From Octopus sinensis (taxonomy: Eukaryota): DNA of 64,000 bases. The number at the start of each line of letters is the position of its first letter. The first letter of the stretch is position 1. This document shows, one piece after another, positions 37,798-50,994 of this stretch. The stretch covers positions 60,016,001 to 60,080,000 of the forward strand of contig NC_043004.1 in assembly GCF_006345805.1 (NCBI RefSeq), read 5' to 3'. Position numbers and translations under genes: made by a program. Below the pieces are notes generated by a model, which was given only the letters and a program-made list of their open reading frames with translations, was not told where the DNA came from and did not search any database.

Positions 37798-38204
37798 TAG
37801 TGTGTACGTCTGTGTGTGTTTGTGTGAGTGTGTATATCTTTGTGCGCATTTGTGCGTGTATTTTGTGTGTGTGTGGATACACTGTTTTCTACCTGCAAAG
37901 GGTAAGAGGTAAGTGGAAAAAAACAAAACAAACATGCTGCATTTTTAATTAAACCCGCAGTCTTTTCAGATGGCTGCAGTATCCACTTCGATTAGGTGTT
38001 CAATTTCATTGGGCTCTACACCTACTATCGATTATCAGCTAAAGATTTGTCTGTTTAGAGATTCTGAAGAAGCAATATCTTCCTATTAAAACAGTGTTCA
38101 TGACCTATATCAAATAATTTTGTATGAAGTCATTTCCTTTCTGAAATTATTTTTCCGATATATTACAGAATACCATTCATTTTCGCTCGTTATCATACAT
38201 TTTT

Positions 38205-38608
38205 ATATATATTTATATATAAAAGAGATGTTGTGTGCTGTCTGTCTCCTACGATTTAGATTTCTAACTACTCCCACATTTTGCGGTGCAGTGTAACCAA
38301 AACCGGGTATCTTATAGTCGTGATTCATATCGAGCCCTTCTGGGTATTAGCGCGCGTCTACGATGAGTCTACGATTTAAAAAAAAAAGTACCATCAATTT
38401 TTCCTATTTTTAATGCATTTTTTGCTATTATATAAGGGAAGTAACTCTCTAAAAATTTATTATTAAATCTCAGAACGTAAAAAGCTACAGTAACACTCCC
38501 CCTTAGTAGTTAGCCATATTGAGATGGCTATTATACTTTACATCTCTAAAAATGCTTATATAGTTATTTCCATTACAAACCCGAGCAACGCCGGGCGATT
38601 CTGCAAGT
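38205..38608 (+). mobile_element. Non-autonomous Helitron
   Basis: 5' TATATATAAAAGAG.TGTTGTGTG.TGTCTGTC; 3' hairpin CCCGAGCAACGCCGGG (38580-38595) followed by a CTAG-like CAAG-T terminus. Confidence 0.7.
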
Positions 38609-39247
38609 AGATTAATAAACTAATTATCATAATTATCACTAATAGCATAAAATGTGTTTATTTCTATGTGATGGGTTCTTATAATCGTGTGTGTGTGCAT
38701 TTCTGTTGGATTACAGATTAACGCATGTAAATTGAGCAGGATTATTTAATCATAGTAACAGCAGATTAATAATAGTGACTAAAACCGTCTTTTCATGCGT
38801 TTCCAGTTCATCGGTTGACTTCACTATTTGTCACATTTCACGAAATTGTTTAAAACCAACATGATTATTAATTTTCCATGCACTGGCTTGCTGAAGTATT
38901 GAAAATGATTAGTTTCTGTTCCGTTAATATTGATTACGCCTCCAAAATTTATGGCGAGATGAAAAGATTGAATATTAATATTTGTAATATCACACATATC
39001 TGCATGTGACACGAGAGACTCAATCTTAGAACTTAAAGATAGAACTTTTAACCTAGAAATAAGGTATGACCAAACTGCGAAGATTTCAAACATGCATGCA
39101 GAAAGATATTGATAATGTTGCGATGTATTTTTGTTTTATACATTTTAATAAATTTCAGATAAACCTTTTTCAGACTGAGTTTTGATATTCGAAAATATAG
39201 AATTGATTGAGTTTTGTTGTTCGAAAATATTGAATAGATTGAGTTTT

Positions 39248-39513
39248 TACATTATTTACTTTATTTATATTTGACGGATATTTGTTCTCATCTTGTCTGC
39301 TGTCAACACAACGTTTCGTCTGATACGTCTCCCAGCCTTCATCAGGTGTCTTGGGGAAATTTTGAACCTAGGTTCTCATTCCTAGGGTATTTTTTGATGT
39401 TATTATTATTATTATTATTAAGGTCACTGCCTGGCATCGAACTCGGAATCGTGGGGTTAGTAGCCCGCACTTCTAACCACTACGCCATATGCCCACGGGC
39501 ATAATGGCGTAGT
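39248..39513 (-). mobile_element. tRNA-headed short retroelement carrying a minimal hammerhead ribozyme (retrozyme/SM-alpha-like)
   Basis: Head 39494-39422 has A-box TGGCGTAGTGG and B-box GAGTTCGATGCC. It is followed by an (AAT)n linker, the HHR at 39350-39305 and an A-rich 3' end. The element interrupts a local 32-bp tandem repeat. Confidence 0.8.
39305..39350 (-). ncRNA. Minimal type I hammerhead ribozyme
   Basis: GACAC-CUGAUGA-A-GGCUG(GGAGACGUAU)CAGAC-GAA-ACGU-U-GUGUU: complete core, 5-bp stem I, helix II with one mismatch, palindromic ACGU helix III, predicted GUU cleavage triplet. Confidence 0.78.
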
Positions 39514-39542
39514 AATTTTGTTATTCGAAAATATAGAATTAA

Positions 39543-39720
39543 GCTGGAAGAATCGTTAGCATGCCGGGAAAAATAGTTAGCCGCATTTCATCCATTTTAC
39601 GTTCTGATGCTACTGAGGCCGACTTTGCCTTTCATACATTTCGGGGTCAATGAAATATGTACTAGTTGAGCAGCGAGGTTGATGTAATCCACTTACACCC
39701 TCCTCCAAAATTTCTGGTTT
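39543..39720 (+). mobile_element. SINE family A
   Basis: GCTGG.AGAATCGTTAGCATGCCGG...GCCGACTTTGCCTTTCAT... Confidence 0.8.
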
Positions 39721-40007
39721 TTTGCTAAAAATTGCAATCGATATTACACTTCACACATTTATTCCTTACTTTTTCAGGCATTGTTTGATCAGTGAACAAA
39801 CCTCAGGATTTATTTTATAAATAATATTGTTTCCATCGAGTATTTTTCCAAACCACCAAATTCTGGGAGATTAAATAAACCGACATATGTCACCATGTTG
39901 GACAAGGACAAGCATAAAATTAAAAACACGCTGACAAATTTCATACATTTAAACCAACACACACGCCCTTACACACTCACACACCTATGTGTGGATTAAC
40001 TGACACA

Positions 40008-40115
40008 TCCCGTCTACCAAATTCACTCTCAATGCATTGGTTGGCCCATGGCTATAGTAGAAGACACTTGTTTAAGTCTATGCACAGTTGGACTTTACCG
40101 AAAATTATATGGTTG
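40008..40115 (-). mobile_element. SINE family B fragment (decayed)
   Basis: CCGTCTACCAAATTCACTC...GCTATAGTAGAAGACACTTG. Confidence 0.75.
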
Positions 40116-41319
40116 CAAAGCTTCATTCATGCTATTATTAAAAGCAGCTTTATGTTACAACTAATTGATTATGTGGAAGATAATTCTAACTTCAAGAGTA
40201 CTATTTATGCACTATATCAATGGGTTTTCAACAGCTTTTTACCTATAGATACCTCTGAATTGTATTTTACTAGAGTGGACCCTCATGGGCATTCCATGTT
40301 TAATAATTCATATTACATTTTAATAATTAGATATTATTAATAATTGTATTAAAACAATTGTTGTAATATTTTGAGCAATGTAAGACTATGAACAATTTAT
40401 TCTAGATAGATTACATCGAGAAATTTTTATATGGACCGCCAACAATATCCATTCGGAGCGCGATTGAGAGCCACTACTCCTTGTGATTTTTAACTGTTGA
40501 ATTTGATCTCGGGCTGAACTTGCATTCATGATTATGGAGAATTCTGAACTCTAATCCAAATATTAGGTTTAAATATACATTCCACCTTTTAAGCTTTTGA
40601 GCTTATATTTTTGTTATATTTCATTTGTGTAAGTGTGCGCATGCATGTTTATGCTTAATTATATGTGTATGCAGATATATGAATGAGTGCGTTGGTGCAC
40701 GTATATGTTGCGTGTGTGTGTGTATGCGTGCGTGTGTACGTATGTGTGTGTGGGGGGGTATGTATGCCTGTGTGCATGCATGCATGCGCGCGCGCGCGTG
40801 TAGCACATGTCAGATTTACATGGTATCAGATCTGCGGTGGAATGTCTTCACTAAAACAAATATCCGGACGGGGAATCGAAGACAAAATCAGTCCAGTCGT
40901 ATACACATCACTTGCAGTCGTGTTTCATAATACTATTATATACCAATTCCTGTACAGAACAACATTAAGAGTTAGGCCAAAACAATACAAATATGAATAT
41001 AAAATGACGAGTTAGCTTTAGCATACACAAGTGTACCAGCGACAGTGTGTATATACGAAATTCGGTATTAATTCATCTGTGTATTGATTTCTCGAGGTAT
41101 TGTTGTATTCTGTGTAGTTCCATATATGTGTTTAAAGAGGTGACAGTATGTTGGTATACAGAATTATACAGATGTGCTAAAAGTATCAAAGACCCGTGTC
41201 AGTACAACAATGATATTTGTTTTCCAGAGTGAACTTCTTAATAAAACTTCAGCTAACTGTGTTTTGCTTTGTATTCACGGACCGCACCACAGAAACAAAC
41301 ACACACAGATACACACGGA

Positions 41320-41331
41320 CGTATATATATG

Positions 41332-41387
<56 letters not shown>

Positions 41388-41415
41388 TGTGTGTGTGTGT
41401 GTGTATGTATGTATA

Positions 41416-41506
<91 letters not shown>

Positions 41507-41585
41507 TGTGTGTGTGTGTATGTATGTATGTATATGTATATATACATGCGTATATAGATTGATAGGTTAGAAATACATTTATGTG

Positions 41586-41617
<32 letters not shown>

Positions 41618-41803
41618 AGATGGATATTTGTATGAAAGATATGTGAGCGTATATGTATATAGATGTGTGTCAATGTGTATGTATACGTATATATACATAT
41701 GCAAACATTTACACACACACACATACACATATATGCATATATATGTATACATAACGCACATCTATCAATCTATGTATGTGTCTATCAATCTATCTCTCTA
41801 TGC

Positions 41804-41871
<68 letters not shown>

Positions 41872-41900
41872 CTATATATGTACGTATGCATGTATCTATG
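41320..41900. repeat. Compound (TA)/(TG)/(TCTA)n microsatellite field
   Basis: Seen directly. Confidence 0.95.
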
Positions 41901-42295
41901 TATGTATTCACACACGAACATACACCTACATGCATACTAAAGGGGGCATCACCCTTGCACATCACCAAAAGTGATCATTCAAATTATCGTCAATGTACGA
42001 AATATGGCATTTTAAATTCAACTAAATCCATAGAACATCACCGCCGTCATCACTATCGTAGCAAATGTGGTAGTAGTAATAACAGTTATAACGTAGGTGA
42101 TGAAGGCAACGGTGAGGCTGCATTGGTAGTAGTTGCCGAAGTACTATCCTTCCATCTTCGTCAGAACGGTAATATATTTATTTGGATGATGTAGCACAGG
42201 GATCTTGTTTGATTGCTAACAAAGCATTCATGCCAACTCCCTTTAGACTCCCTAGTCTGCAGGATGACCAAGCATTGCATTCTTGAACATTTGCT

Positions 42296-42378
<83 letters not shown>

Positions 42379-43139
42379 TGTATGTATGTATATATGTATG
42401 TTTGAATATATGTGTGAGAGAGAGGGAGAAAGAGACAGTGTGACTGCATGGACGACGTTTTCGGGCTAAAGTAAATAATTGACAAACACTATTTGTTTTT
42501 TTTTTAAACATATCAACACTTTTGGTTACCTTGGAAACAGAAAATTAGCTGCTGGCTGGATTGATACAGTTGCAATATCAATCAACACTAGGGGTAACCC
42601 TGAAATATAAAAGATAAATAGAGCAGAAAAATTACTAAGAATGACATCAAAGAACTATATACCCCACTGCAAATATAAGCACCATTAGGCTTCCCAAACA
42701 TCATTCAGTGATTCCATTACAGTTTTTGTGTTCTAGCGTTTAATCCCGAAATGATTTAATGTATAGATTCACATTTTGTGAAAATGTCACTAACCCCTTA
42801 AGTCTTGTCAAGTTTAGCCATTTCTTTGTTTGGTTTCTTCGCTAGTTTATGTTACATTTTGTTTTTAGTTCTTTTTCCAAGTTCCTGTTCCTTGTTGACA
42901 TTCCTGTGTTCACTTGCATTAATATTGATAATAGATGATGTTCATAATATTAATAAAAATGAGGTCTTAACTTGCTTCAAGGTTTTGCATTGAGGGGATG
43001 ACGAAGGATGTGTTTGTATGATTTACTTAACAGACTCTCGCTACTTGACTACCACTTGTGCTATCCACTGCGTTTGGATGGAAGGTAAAGGGAAGGCATT
43101 AGTGAGAGTGTAGAAACGTAGAGATGACCATGTGCTACA

Positions 43140-43141
43140 TA

Positions 43142-43172
<31 letters not shown>

Positions 43173-43490
43173 CGACGATAACGACGACGACGACGACGAT
43201 GGTGGTGGTGGTGGTGGTGGATGTGATGATGAGATAGAAGAAGAGGAGGAGGAAGAAGAAGAAAAGGGGAGAAGACGAAGAAGAAGGAAAAAAGAAGAAG
43301 AAGAAGAAGAAGAAGAAGAAGAAGAAGAAGAAGAAGAAGAAGAAGAAGAATAAAAGATGTTGCTAATCATATTCTCCACCTTAATAATAATAATAATAAT
43401 GATGATGATAATGATGATGATGATGATGATGATGATGATAATAATTATGATAATAATAATTATAATCATAATAATAATAATAATAATAAC

Positions 43491-43523
<33 letters not shown>
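43140..43523. repeat. Compound trinucleotide array (GAT)/(GAC)/(GGT)/(GAA)/(AAT)n
   Basis: Seen directly. Confidence 0.95.
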
Positions 43524-43524
<1 letters not shown>

Positions 43525-44005
43525 CCCCGATGCAGTACCAGGCAGTGGATCTCATGACTGCCTATCTTAACTGATTGGAAGTGTTAACATGTACGTACAT
43601 TGTTTTGTCTTGGTAGAAAAGATGGCTTACAGTTAAGATTCTGCTGAATACCACAGATTTGCTTTCACTTGTTTGAACTTAACCAGTTGACCATGCCCCT
43701 TAGTAGCTGACGATATGTGCATCTCTGATTACGAGCAGAAATAGGGGGGGGGCATCATAGCCGTGTGTTGAAAGGAATTCTCAGAGGTTTGGACAATTCA
43801 CCTTTGGAAACATGGAAACATGGGTGGTTCGTTCAACATCCTTAAACATTCCTTATTCAGGGACCGTTTGCGCGGGATGGGCGACTCGAACAGAAGAAAA
43901 TTCTAACTGGGCTCCACCTGAAAGGTCATGTGCTGTTTATCTTGTTATGGGATCACCATGTCGTACACATATGGTTGTTATGCTTGTAAGGATAATCCAA
44001 GTAGC
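43524..44005 (-). mobile_element. Unclassified retroposon 3' end with (ATT)n tail; second copy at 59858-60061
   Basis: 43524-43750 matches the reverse complement of 59858-60061; both copies end in ...CAGGGC or ...CGGGGC followed by (ATT)n. Confidence 0.7.
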
Positions 44006-45197
44006 TCTTTTATTCTCCCACTGCCACAAAATACCATCTCGCTTAACTAATCAGCGCTCTCTTTGAAACTTCGGATAGAAGGTGGAAAGCATTCGCGTCT
44101 TGAGTAAGGTACGAGTGTCTAACACGCAATCTTTTGCGCAACTTTGTAATAGATTATGTCTGGCCAGTGCTCGCCGTGTAATTATCATGCAGCCTGCTTT
44201 ATGTTTCCAGCATAAGAGGAATTTTCTTGTGCATGTTTACGCTTGAGTACAAATGGGTTTATTCAGCATTCATACGATTTCCCTTAACTTTTGTCTGTAA
44301 GTGGTGCTCTTCAAAGTTACATTTCTGTGTACGTGATGTTCTTGAAAGCTTCAAATTTTAATGTCATGTTTTTCATTTCTTCCAAGTTGAAAGTTCTGCA
44401 AAGTTTCACATTTTGTTTTCTGCTTGGTTACTGTGTTATTCTGTTCAACATAATTCCCTTTGTAATCTGAAGCTTTTGCTGTCTTCGACTTACACTTCTA
44501 GCCTCAAATTTCGGGAAGAGATAGAGAAGATTAAATCATCTCAGTATTTGACTGGCATTTCATTTCATCGCATATCGGAATCATGAAAGGGCATGTCGAC
44601 CTGAAAGGGATATGAAGTGAGGATGTATAGTGTCTTAGCTACAAGTTGCAGGGTATTTTGCACAATGCTCGAAGGAATCTATCAATCCATGAATGTAATA
44701 TTAATCAGAATACAATAAACGTAAAATGTCAATTATATTGCATCAGTATCGTTATCGGAATTACATTTATTATAGCTTGGAGTGTAATATGCTAACTCAC
44801 AACACTTTTGCTAACTCACCAGAATTTTTAGCTTTTGTCTCTCTGATTATTTTCCAAATTCCCCTACTCTCGGCCTTAGATGAGCATCATTGCAACTCGA
44901 TATTTTTCTACTATCGACGTACTGGATCAGTTAAAACGTTTATGAACTTCTTATACAAAATAAAAACGTTTACCGAGTATAAATTAAATAACAATATATA
45001 AATACTGCTTTCTGGAATATGAAGAGAATTCCCAATAATTAAAATACAGAGAGCCTATATTTGTAACTCATCACACGGCAAATATATCTATGAACCGGTA
45101 AATATTCACATAATCAACCTTAAGGAAACGTAATAATCTCCGAAACCTGGTAGAATGTGGATACACAAACTTAAACATTATTACGTATTCTTCTTCA

Positions 45198-45400
45198 GGC
45201 AACGATAAGGCAAAATCTTTAGCACGCCAGACAAGATGATAGACAGATTTTGTCCGTCTTCTCGATTTGAGTTCCAATGACACCGAAGTCGACTTTGTTC
45301 TTCATCCGCATGGCGTCGATAAAAGAAAGTACCATGTGATCAGTTGGGCTGATGTAATCGACTAGAATTTCAAGACTTGTGCCTAATGTAGAAAAGACTA
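45198..45400 (+). mobile_element. Degenerate SINE family A
   Basis: GGCAACGATAAGGCAAAATC.TTAGCACGCC...GTCGACTTTG...GTCGATAAAA..AAGTACC...GATGTAATCGACTA. Confidence 0.75.
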
Positions 45401-45679
45401 ATCTTTTAGCTGTGTGGATAATGTAAAATCTAAACAAAGGCATTTCTGCCTCCTTAGGGGTGTATAGAACACCATTATCTAACGTATCCATTACTTACGG
45501 GAGAGAACAGTTTGTGATTCGAGGGAGATTTGACTGCTATTATTTGCAATCTGAATGACACCGATGCTTCATTTTACTGATTCCTGTTCTTTTCCAGATT
45601 CCAATTTTTAATGTCCATAACAAAGGCAGAATGGTAGCGCAGCCATAAAGTAAAGAGGATTACTTCATTCGCATATCTA

Positions 45680-45820
45680 CCTACCGACCTACCTACCTAC
45701 CTACCTACCTAGTTACCTACCTACATTATATACTCACGTACATACATGTGTATTTATACATGTATGAGTATATTTGTATGTATGTATGCATGTATATATA
45801 TATATACATATATATGTATA

Positions 45821-45854
<34 letters not shown>

Positions 45855-45922
45855 CATATATATATATACATATATATATGTATATATATATGTATATATA
45901 TATATATATATGTATGTATATA

Positions 45923-45956
<34 letters not shown>

Positions 45957-45982
45957 CATATATATATATACATATATATATG

Positions 45983-46014
<32 letters not shown>

Positions 46015-46130
46015 TATGTATGTATATATATATATATATATATATATACATACATGCATACATACATACATATATATACGTATATTTACATATATATGTA
46101 TATGTATATATTCATACTCATACTTACAGT
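45680..46130. repeat. (TA)n compound microsatellite with a ~100-bp higher-order duplication
   Basis: The order of CA and TG interruptions repeats between ~45840-45940 and ~45941-46050. Confidence 0.85.
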
Positions 46131-49100
46131 TGTAATATTTTTTTGTCGAAAATTACATGCTAATGTACGTTTTTAATATAGTTTGAAAGGAACAAATAGT
46201 CGTTGAGGCACTTAATATTATTAACTTCATCTTTCAGGTGTGCAAATCGACTGCAGTTTTATGCACTCAATGTTATTATGTACAGGTCAATGCTATTTGT
46301 ATCATAAAGTGCATGCGTATATTTGCATTTTATTGTGATTGTTTGAATGCATCATAGGCATACTTCCACAATTGGCAATAGTTATAGCACTGTCTTTTTA
46401 GGAAGATTGCAAAGAGTAGATATATAAAAATATGTCTAATGAAACACCATTTTCAAACAGACATATAAAAAAGTCCCATGGGCTATGCTCTCTATTTTCA
46501 TTTACCACTTAATATAATGGTGTCTAGTAATCATTAAATACATTCCGACAAATAAGGGAACTTAATAAACTGATAAAAACAAACGATTGACTTTCAGTAT
46601 TGCCGCCATTATAACTCAAAGAGGTTATTAAACTAGCCTCAACGGTAACTGAAAAAAAACATTGTTTATGTTCGTAAAATAAATTGGTTCGAAATAAAAA
46701 ATTGTTGGTATGGATGTGTACTATGTGTAATAAACTAATTTCATTTGTAAATGGAAATGATAGTGAAATAAATAATAAATTTTATGACGATTCATGCCTG
46801 TAATCAATACTGGATTTTAAGGCCTTTTCACAGATGTATCTAAGCAATTCCACAGCACCAGATAGTTTACGTGCAAAAACCACCCATGTAATTTAAGCAC
46901 AAATTATTAGTTAATATGGTCAGGATAATAATGTTTTTAACATGAAATATATGAATAGTATACAGAAATAATATTTAAAAATTTAATTGCTAACCGTCAC
47001 TTTTGTATAGTCTTTTAACCTACCTGTATGTGATACAATATCGACTGTGAGGTATTAAGAGACTGCGACACGGTCTCTCGGGTGTCTTCTATTATCTCAC
47101 ATCATCGAATTAATGGAAGCAGTATGTCTATAATCTTATTGTGTAATTTTCTTTCAAGCCTAAGATATTCTAATATTTAAATTTATGTTAGTCTTTTAAT
47201 TTCATAAAAATTATACACCTTCTTCCTCATGCAAACATTATTCATAAACTGTCTATTTCTATGATATTTACGCTTGTACGAGCGGTGGAAAGTAAAAATA
47301 TGCAACTTTAACAATTAAATATATTCTTATACATTTTGTGGGATGAAATCAGTTAGATATCCTTCATACACAATTCAGCGATTTGCAAAATATATTGTCA
47401 TACCATACAGAAAGCAAAAACAGAACAAGTTTACATTCTTCTAAGGCACGTGTGTGTGTGTGTTTCCGTGCGTATACTTACACACATTCAGGTACATGCA
47501 AAACGAATAGACACACATGGAAACATACGTATATATATATATATATATAGATTGTCTTGAAATATTTAATACAGGTTATGGATGTAATAAAAGTGTAAAT
47601 ATTTTTGTTATTGATAATACAGGAAAATTCGAATACCGGCACCGGATGCACCTGTATATGATTGTCTAATTCATAACCGTTTTATACAGAATCTAGCATA
47701 TTCTACTGATTCGAGAATGAAGCCGTTTCCGTTTTCTCCGGGGTGCAGTAAAGAAACCGTGTAACAAACCATCAAGAGACGTCTTCAAAAATGTTCTGCG
47801 CATGATAAAATAGAAATGATTCCACTGTAACACAACAGTGAAGCCTTACGTATTTTGTTATTACAAACCGGCACGAAACAACACATACTGGGAAAGAAGC
47901 ATGATCCATTAACAGATCTAGTGTTTTCCTTGGAAATCATTTTATTGATAGCATGAAAGCCGAATAGCTACGTTTAAATCGATAGGATTTGCGCTGTGAG
48001 AGAATGAGATTCAACTAAATTCCGCGCTGAATTTGTACCTCATTCTAAGAGGCCGTCAGTTAACATGTAAGTAAGAACAAGCAAAAATCTTATAAAAATA
48101 TGGAGTAGGAAAATATTGTTGAAACCTGTCTTCTTAGTTATGTTATATTTGCACTAAAGTGACAAAGCAAATTGGAATTATATGTTTTATTTTTCTGGAC
48201 ATGAGGTTACTTCTTACGCTCTAATTTTAACAATGGACACATTCAAACGACCGATAAAAGCATCAACATGATCTGGGATTTAAAACGCTGTTAATACTGC
48301 ACATTAATAAGGAAAAAAAATTCAGACCCAGATGGAGGCACGCGCACTCATGTGTATGTATAAGTGTTTATGTGTGTAGGAGTGTATGAGTTTATATATA
48401 TATATATATATATATATAGGTTCAGCAAAATTTAGATTCAGATGAATAGGGTACTTAAGTCAAAGGCAACAGAATTTTGTATGGTATTATACATATAAAT
48501 CCATGGGGTGATTACAATCTAAGTAAGTAACAAGTATATCTGAGGTAATGTGGTACGATCGTTTCATCCTACATCATTTTATTAAACACTGTAAGCATTA
48601 CATCATTTTTAAAATTTCGAGCAATCTTCAGCCACCTATAGACATTTTCCAATCAAACGGACAATGCACATTCTTATCCCTATTTCGTTTGCCAACATTA
48701 TAAAGAGGGTAGATATACAGCCACTGAGGTTGAATTCATTTTTAAGAACATGAGAGTATTAAATCTACTCTCTGACTGTAGATTTTAGCATTGTTATTTA
48801 GATCTATCAGTGGGGAGGGGGATTTTAATTTTGGTTGGATGGAGACAAAGAATTTTTCTATTTATTGATATAGGAAAGGCTAGAACAAATGTCAAAACCA
48901 ATAAATCTATTCCTATTCGGAGGAACCCAGTCCAGATACATTTGAATGCACTAAGCAAAAAGCCAGTATGTTGAAGTTAGAGGGGTAGGAGAAGATAGAC
49001 TATTAATGCACTAGAGGTTTTAATGTCTACTACCATTTGACATCCAGATTCTGTATTAAGAAATTTAAGTAAATATACTTTAGACAATATCTAATATAGG

Positions 49101-49136
49101 GATAAAAAATATAGAAATCATTTCATATATATATAA

Positions 49137-49171
<35 letters not shown>

Positions 49172-49176
<5 letters not shown>

Positions 49177-49632
49177 ATTTCCATTAATATATAATCATAT
49201 TTTGCTAGTAAATGGTGATTATTTTAAGGATTTGAATTATAAAAAAATGTTAGACATAATACTAACCGTGGAAAAAACATTATTAATTTAGTACATATAT
49301 TAAGAGCCAATAAGATATATTAAATAATAATGGAAGGGAAATAATCAAGATGAACTAAATAATTCTCTAGATATATAGAATTATTTGTGATTATTTCATA
49401 TTTAAATATCCCCATTTCCATTAAAATACAATCATAATTAGTTAGTAAATGGTGATTTATTTTATTAATGAGTCGAATTAAAAGAATATATCAGACGTAA
49501 TATTTACTACTCGTGGTGAAAAAACTTTATCAATTAAGTGAATATATCAGGAGTCCATAATATATATTAAAAAGTAATGGAAGGGCGGTAATCAAGACGA
49601 ACCAAGAAAATTTCCCTAGATATACAGAAATT
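49172..49632 (+). repeat. Diverged tandem duplication, two units of ~235 bp
   Basis: CCATTTCCATTAA...TAGTAAATGGTGATT...AATGGAAGGG..TAATCAAGA.GAAC...CTAGATATA occurs twice. Confidence 0.8.
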
Positions 49633-49699
49633 TTTCTTTCTAATATAGGAGAGTATCACATTTATATATATAGAGAGAGAGCTAGCTAGCTACCTAGCT

Positions 49700-49736
<37 letters not shown>

Positions 49737-50593
49737 TTGATAGATAGATAGATGAAAATATAAATATATACTTATGTTTATGTGTATATATATATGTGTG
49801 TGTATGGGTATACTTCTATACGTGTAGATTAAACGTATAACTTTTATACAGATGTAAATATACATTTACACGCATATGTGTGCGTGTGTGCGCGCACTCG
49901 TGTCTATGTTTGAAATTGTGAGTGTTTCTGTGTGTGTGTGTGTGTGTGTCCATTATTTTATGGACATCTACTCCTGTTTCAATGCATTACATCTAGCACC
50001 AGTGTAACATATTCGAATATTCTAAACTGCAACATTATTCATATTCAAATAGAACCCACAGCTCTCTGAACTCAACGACCCAAAATATAATAAAGAAAAC
50101 TAATAGACAGTATCTATGACTCATAATTACCAGGACATATATATATATATTTAAAATAACTTCTTTTAGAGAGCTCTTCCCATACATCCTATCAGTTAAT
50201 ATTGAGTTCATTCAACAATTACTAACGACTCCCACATGTAAATCCTCCACTGGTACGCCTACCCACCTCTACTATTTTCGAATCCATTATCAGTACCTCC
50301 AATATCATCTATAGCTATGCGTTGAAGCATCTAGGGAATTGTTACTCAATGTTGTCAAATTTATAGCTTATTGATGTGCAAGTTATCTTCCCTTGACATT
50401 TTACTCCCATGTTCCTGAATTTATCGATTAGTTTCTTCTTTTGTTTAGTCTTCATTACCGCTTTGCTAGTTCTTTATATCCTTCCATTCCCTTATTCAGG
50501 ATGGCGAACAATAAGAGTGGAGTGCCTCATCGTAGTCGGTCGATCAGTTGAAAATAGAAGACAAATCATTTTTTTTATGGCAGTAGAAATTAA

Positions 50594-50994
50594 TCTTTTA
50601 CTTGTTTCAGTCATTTGACTGCGGCCATGCTGGAGCACCACCTTTAGTCAAGCAAATAGACCCCGGGACTTATTCTTTGTAAGACCAGTACTTATTCTAT
50701 CGGTCTCTTTTGCCGAACCGCTAAGTTACGGGGACGTAAACACACCAGCATCGGTTGTCAAGCAATGCTAGGGGGACAAACACAGACACACAAACACACA
50801 CACACATATATATATATATATACGTATATACGACGGGCTTCTTTCAGTTTCTGTCAACCAAATCCACTCATAAGGCTTTGGTTGGCCCGAGGCTATAGCA
50901 GAAGACACTTGCCCAAGATGCCACGCAGTGGGACTGAACCCGGAACCATGTGGTTGGTTAGCAAGCTACTTACCACACAGCCACTCCTGCGCCT
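50594..50994 (-). mobile_element. Full-length SINE family B
   Basis: Highly similar to 2614-3021. Confidence 0.93.

Noticed and set aside
39422-39494. Possible tRNA gene (CT-ACT-AA loop)
   Set aside because: The acceptor stem does not close; interpreted as a SINE head. The same applies to the other tRNA-like heads.
39177-39540. 32-bp repeats with an intervening sequence (CRISPR-like look)
   Set aside because: Units are directly tandem without unique spacers, the context is eukaryotic, and there are no cas genes.
45071-45491. Two protein-looking minus-strand ORFs (70 and 90 aa)
   Set aside because: Their central part is the antisense of a decayed SINE A (45198-45400); no domain motif.
48480-50560. 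Possible very old LINE remnants
   Set aside because: No diagnostic motif could be read with confidence.
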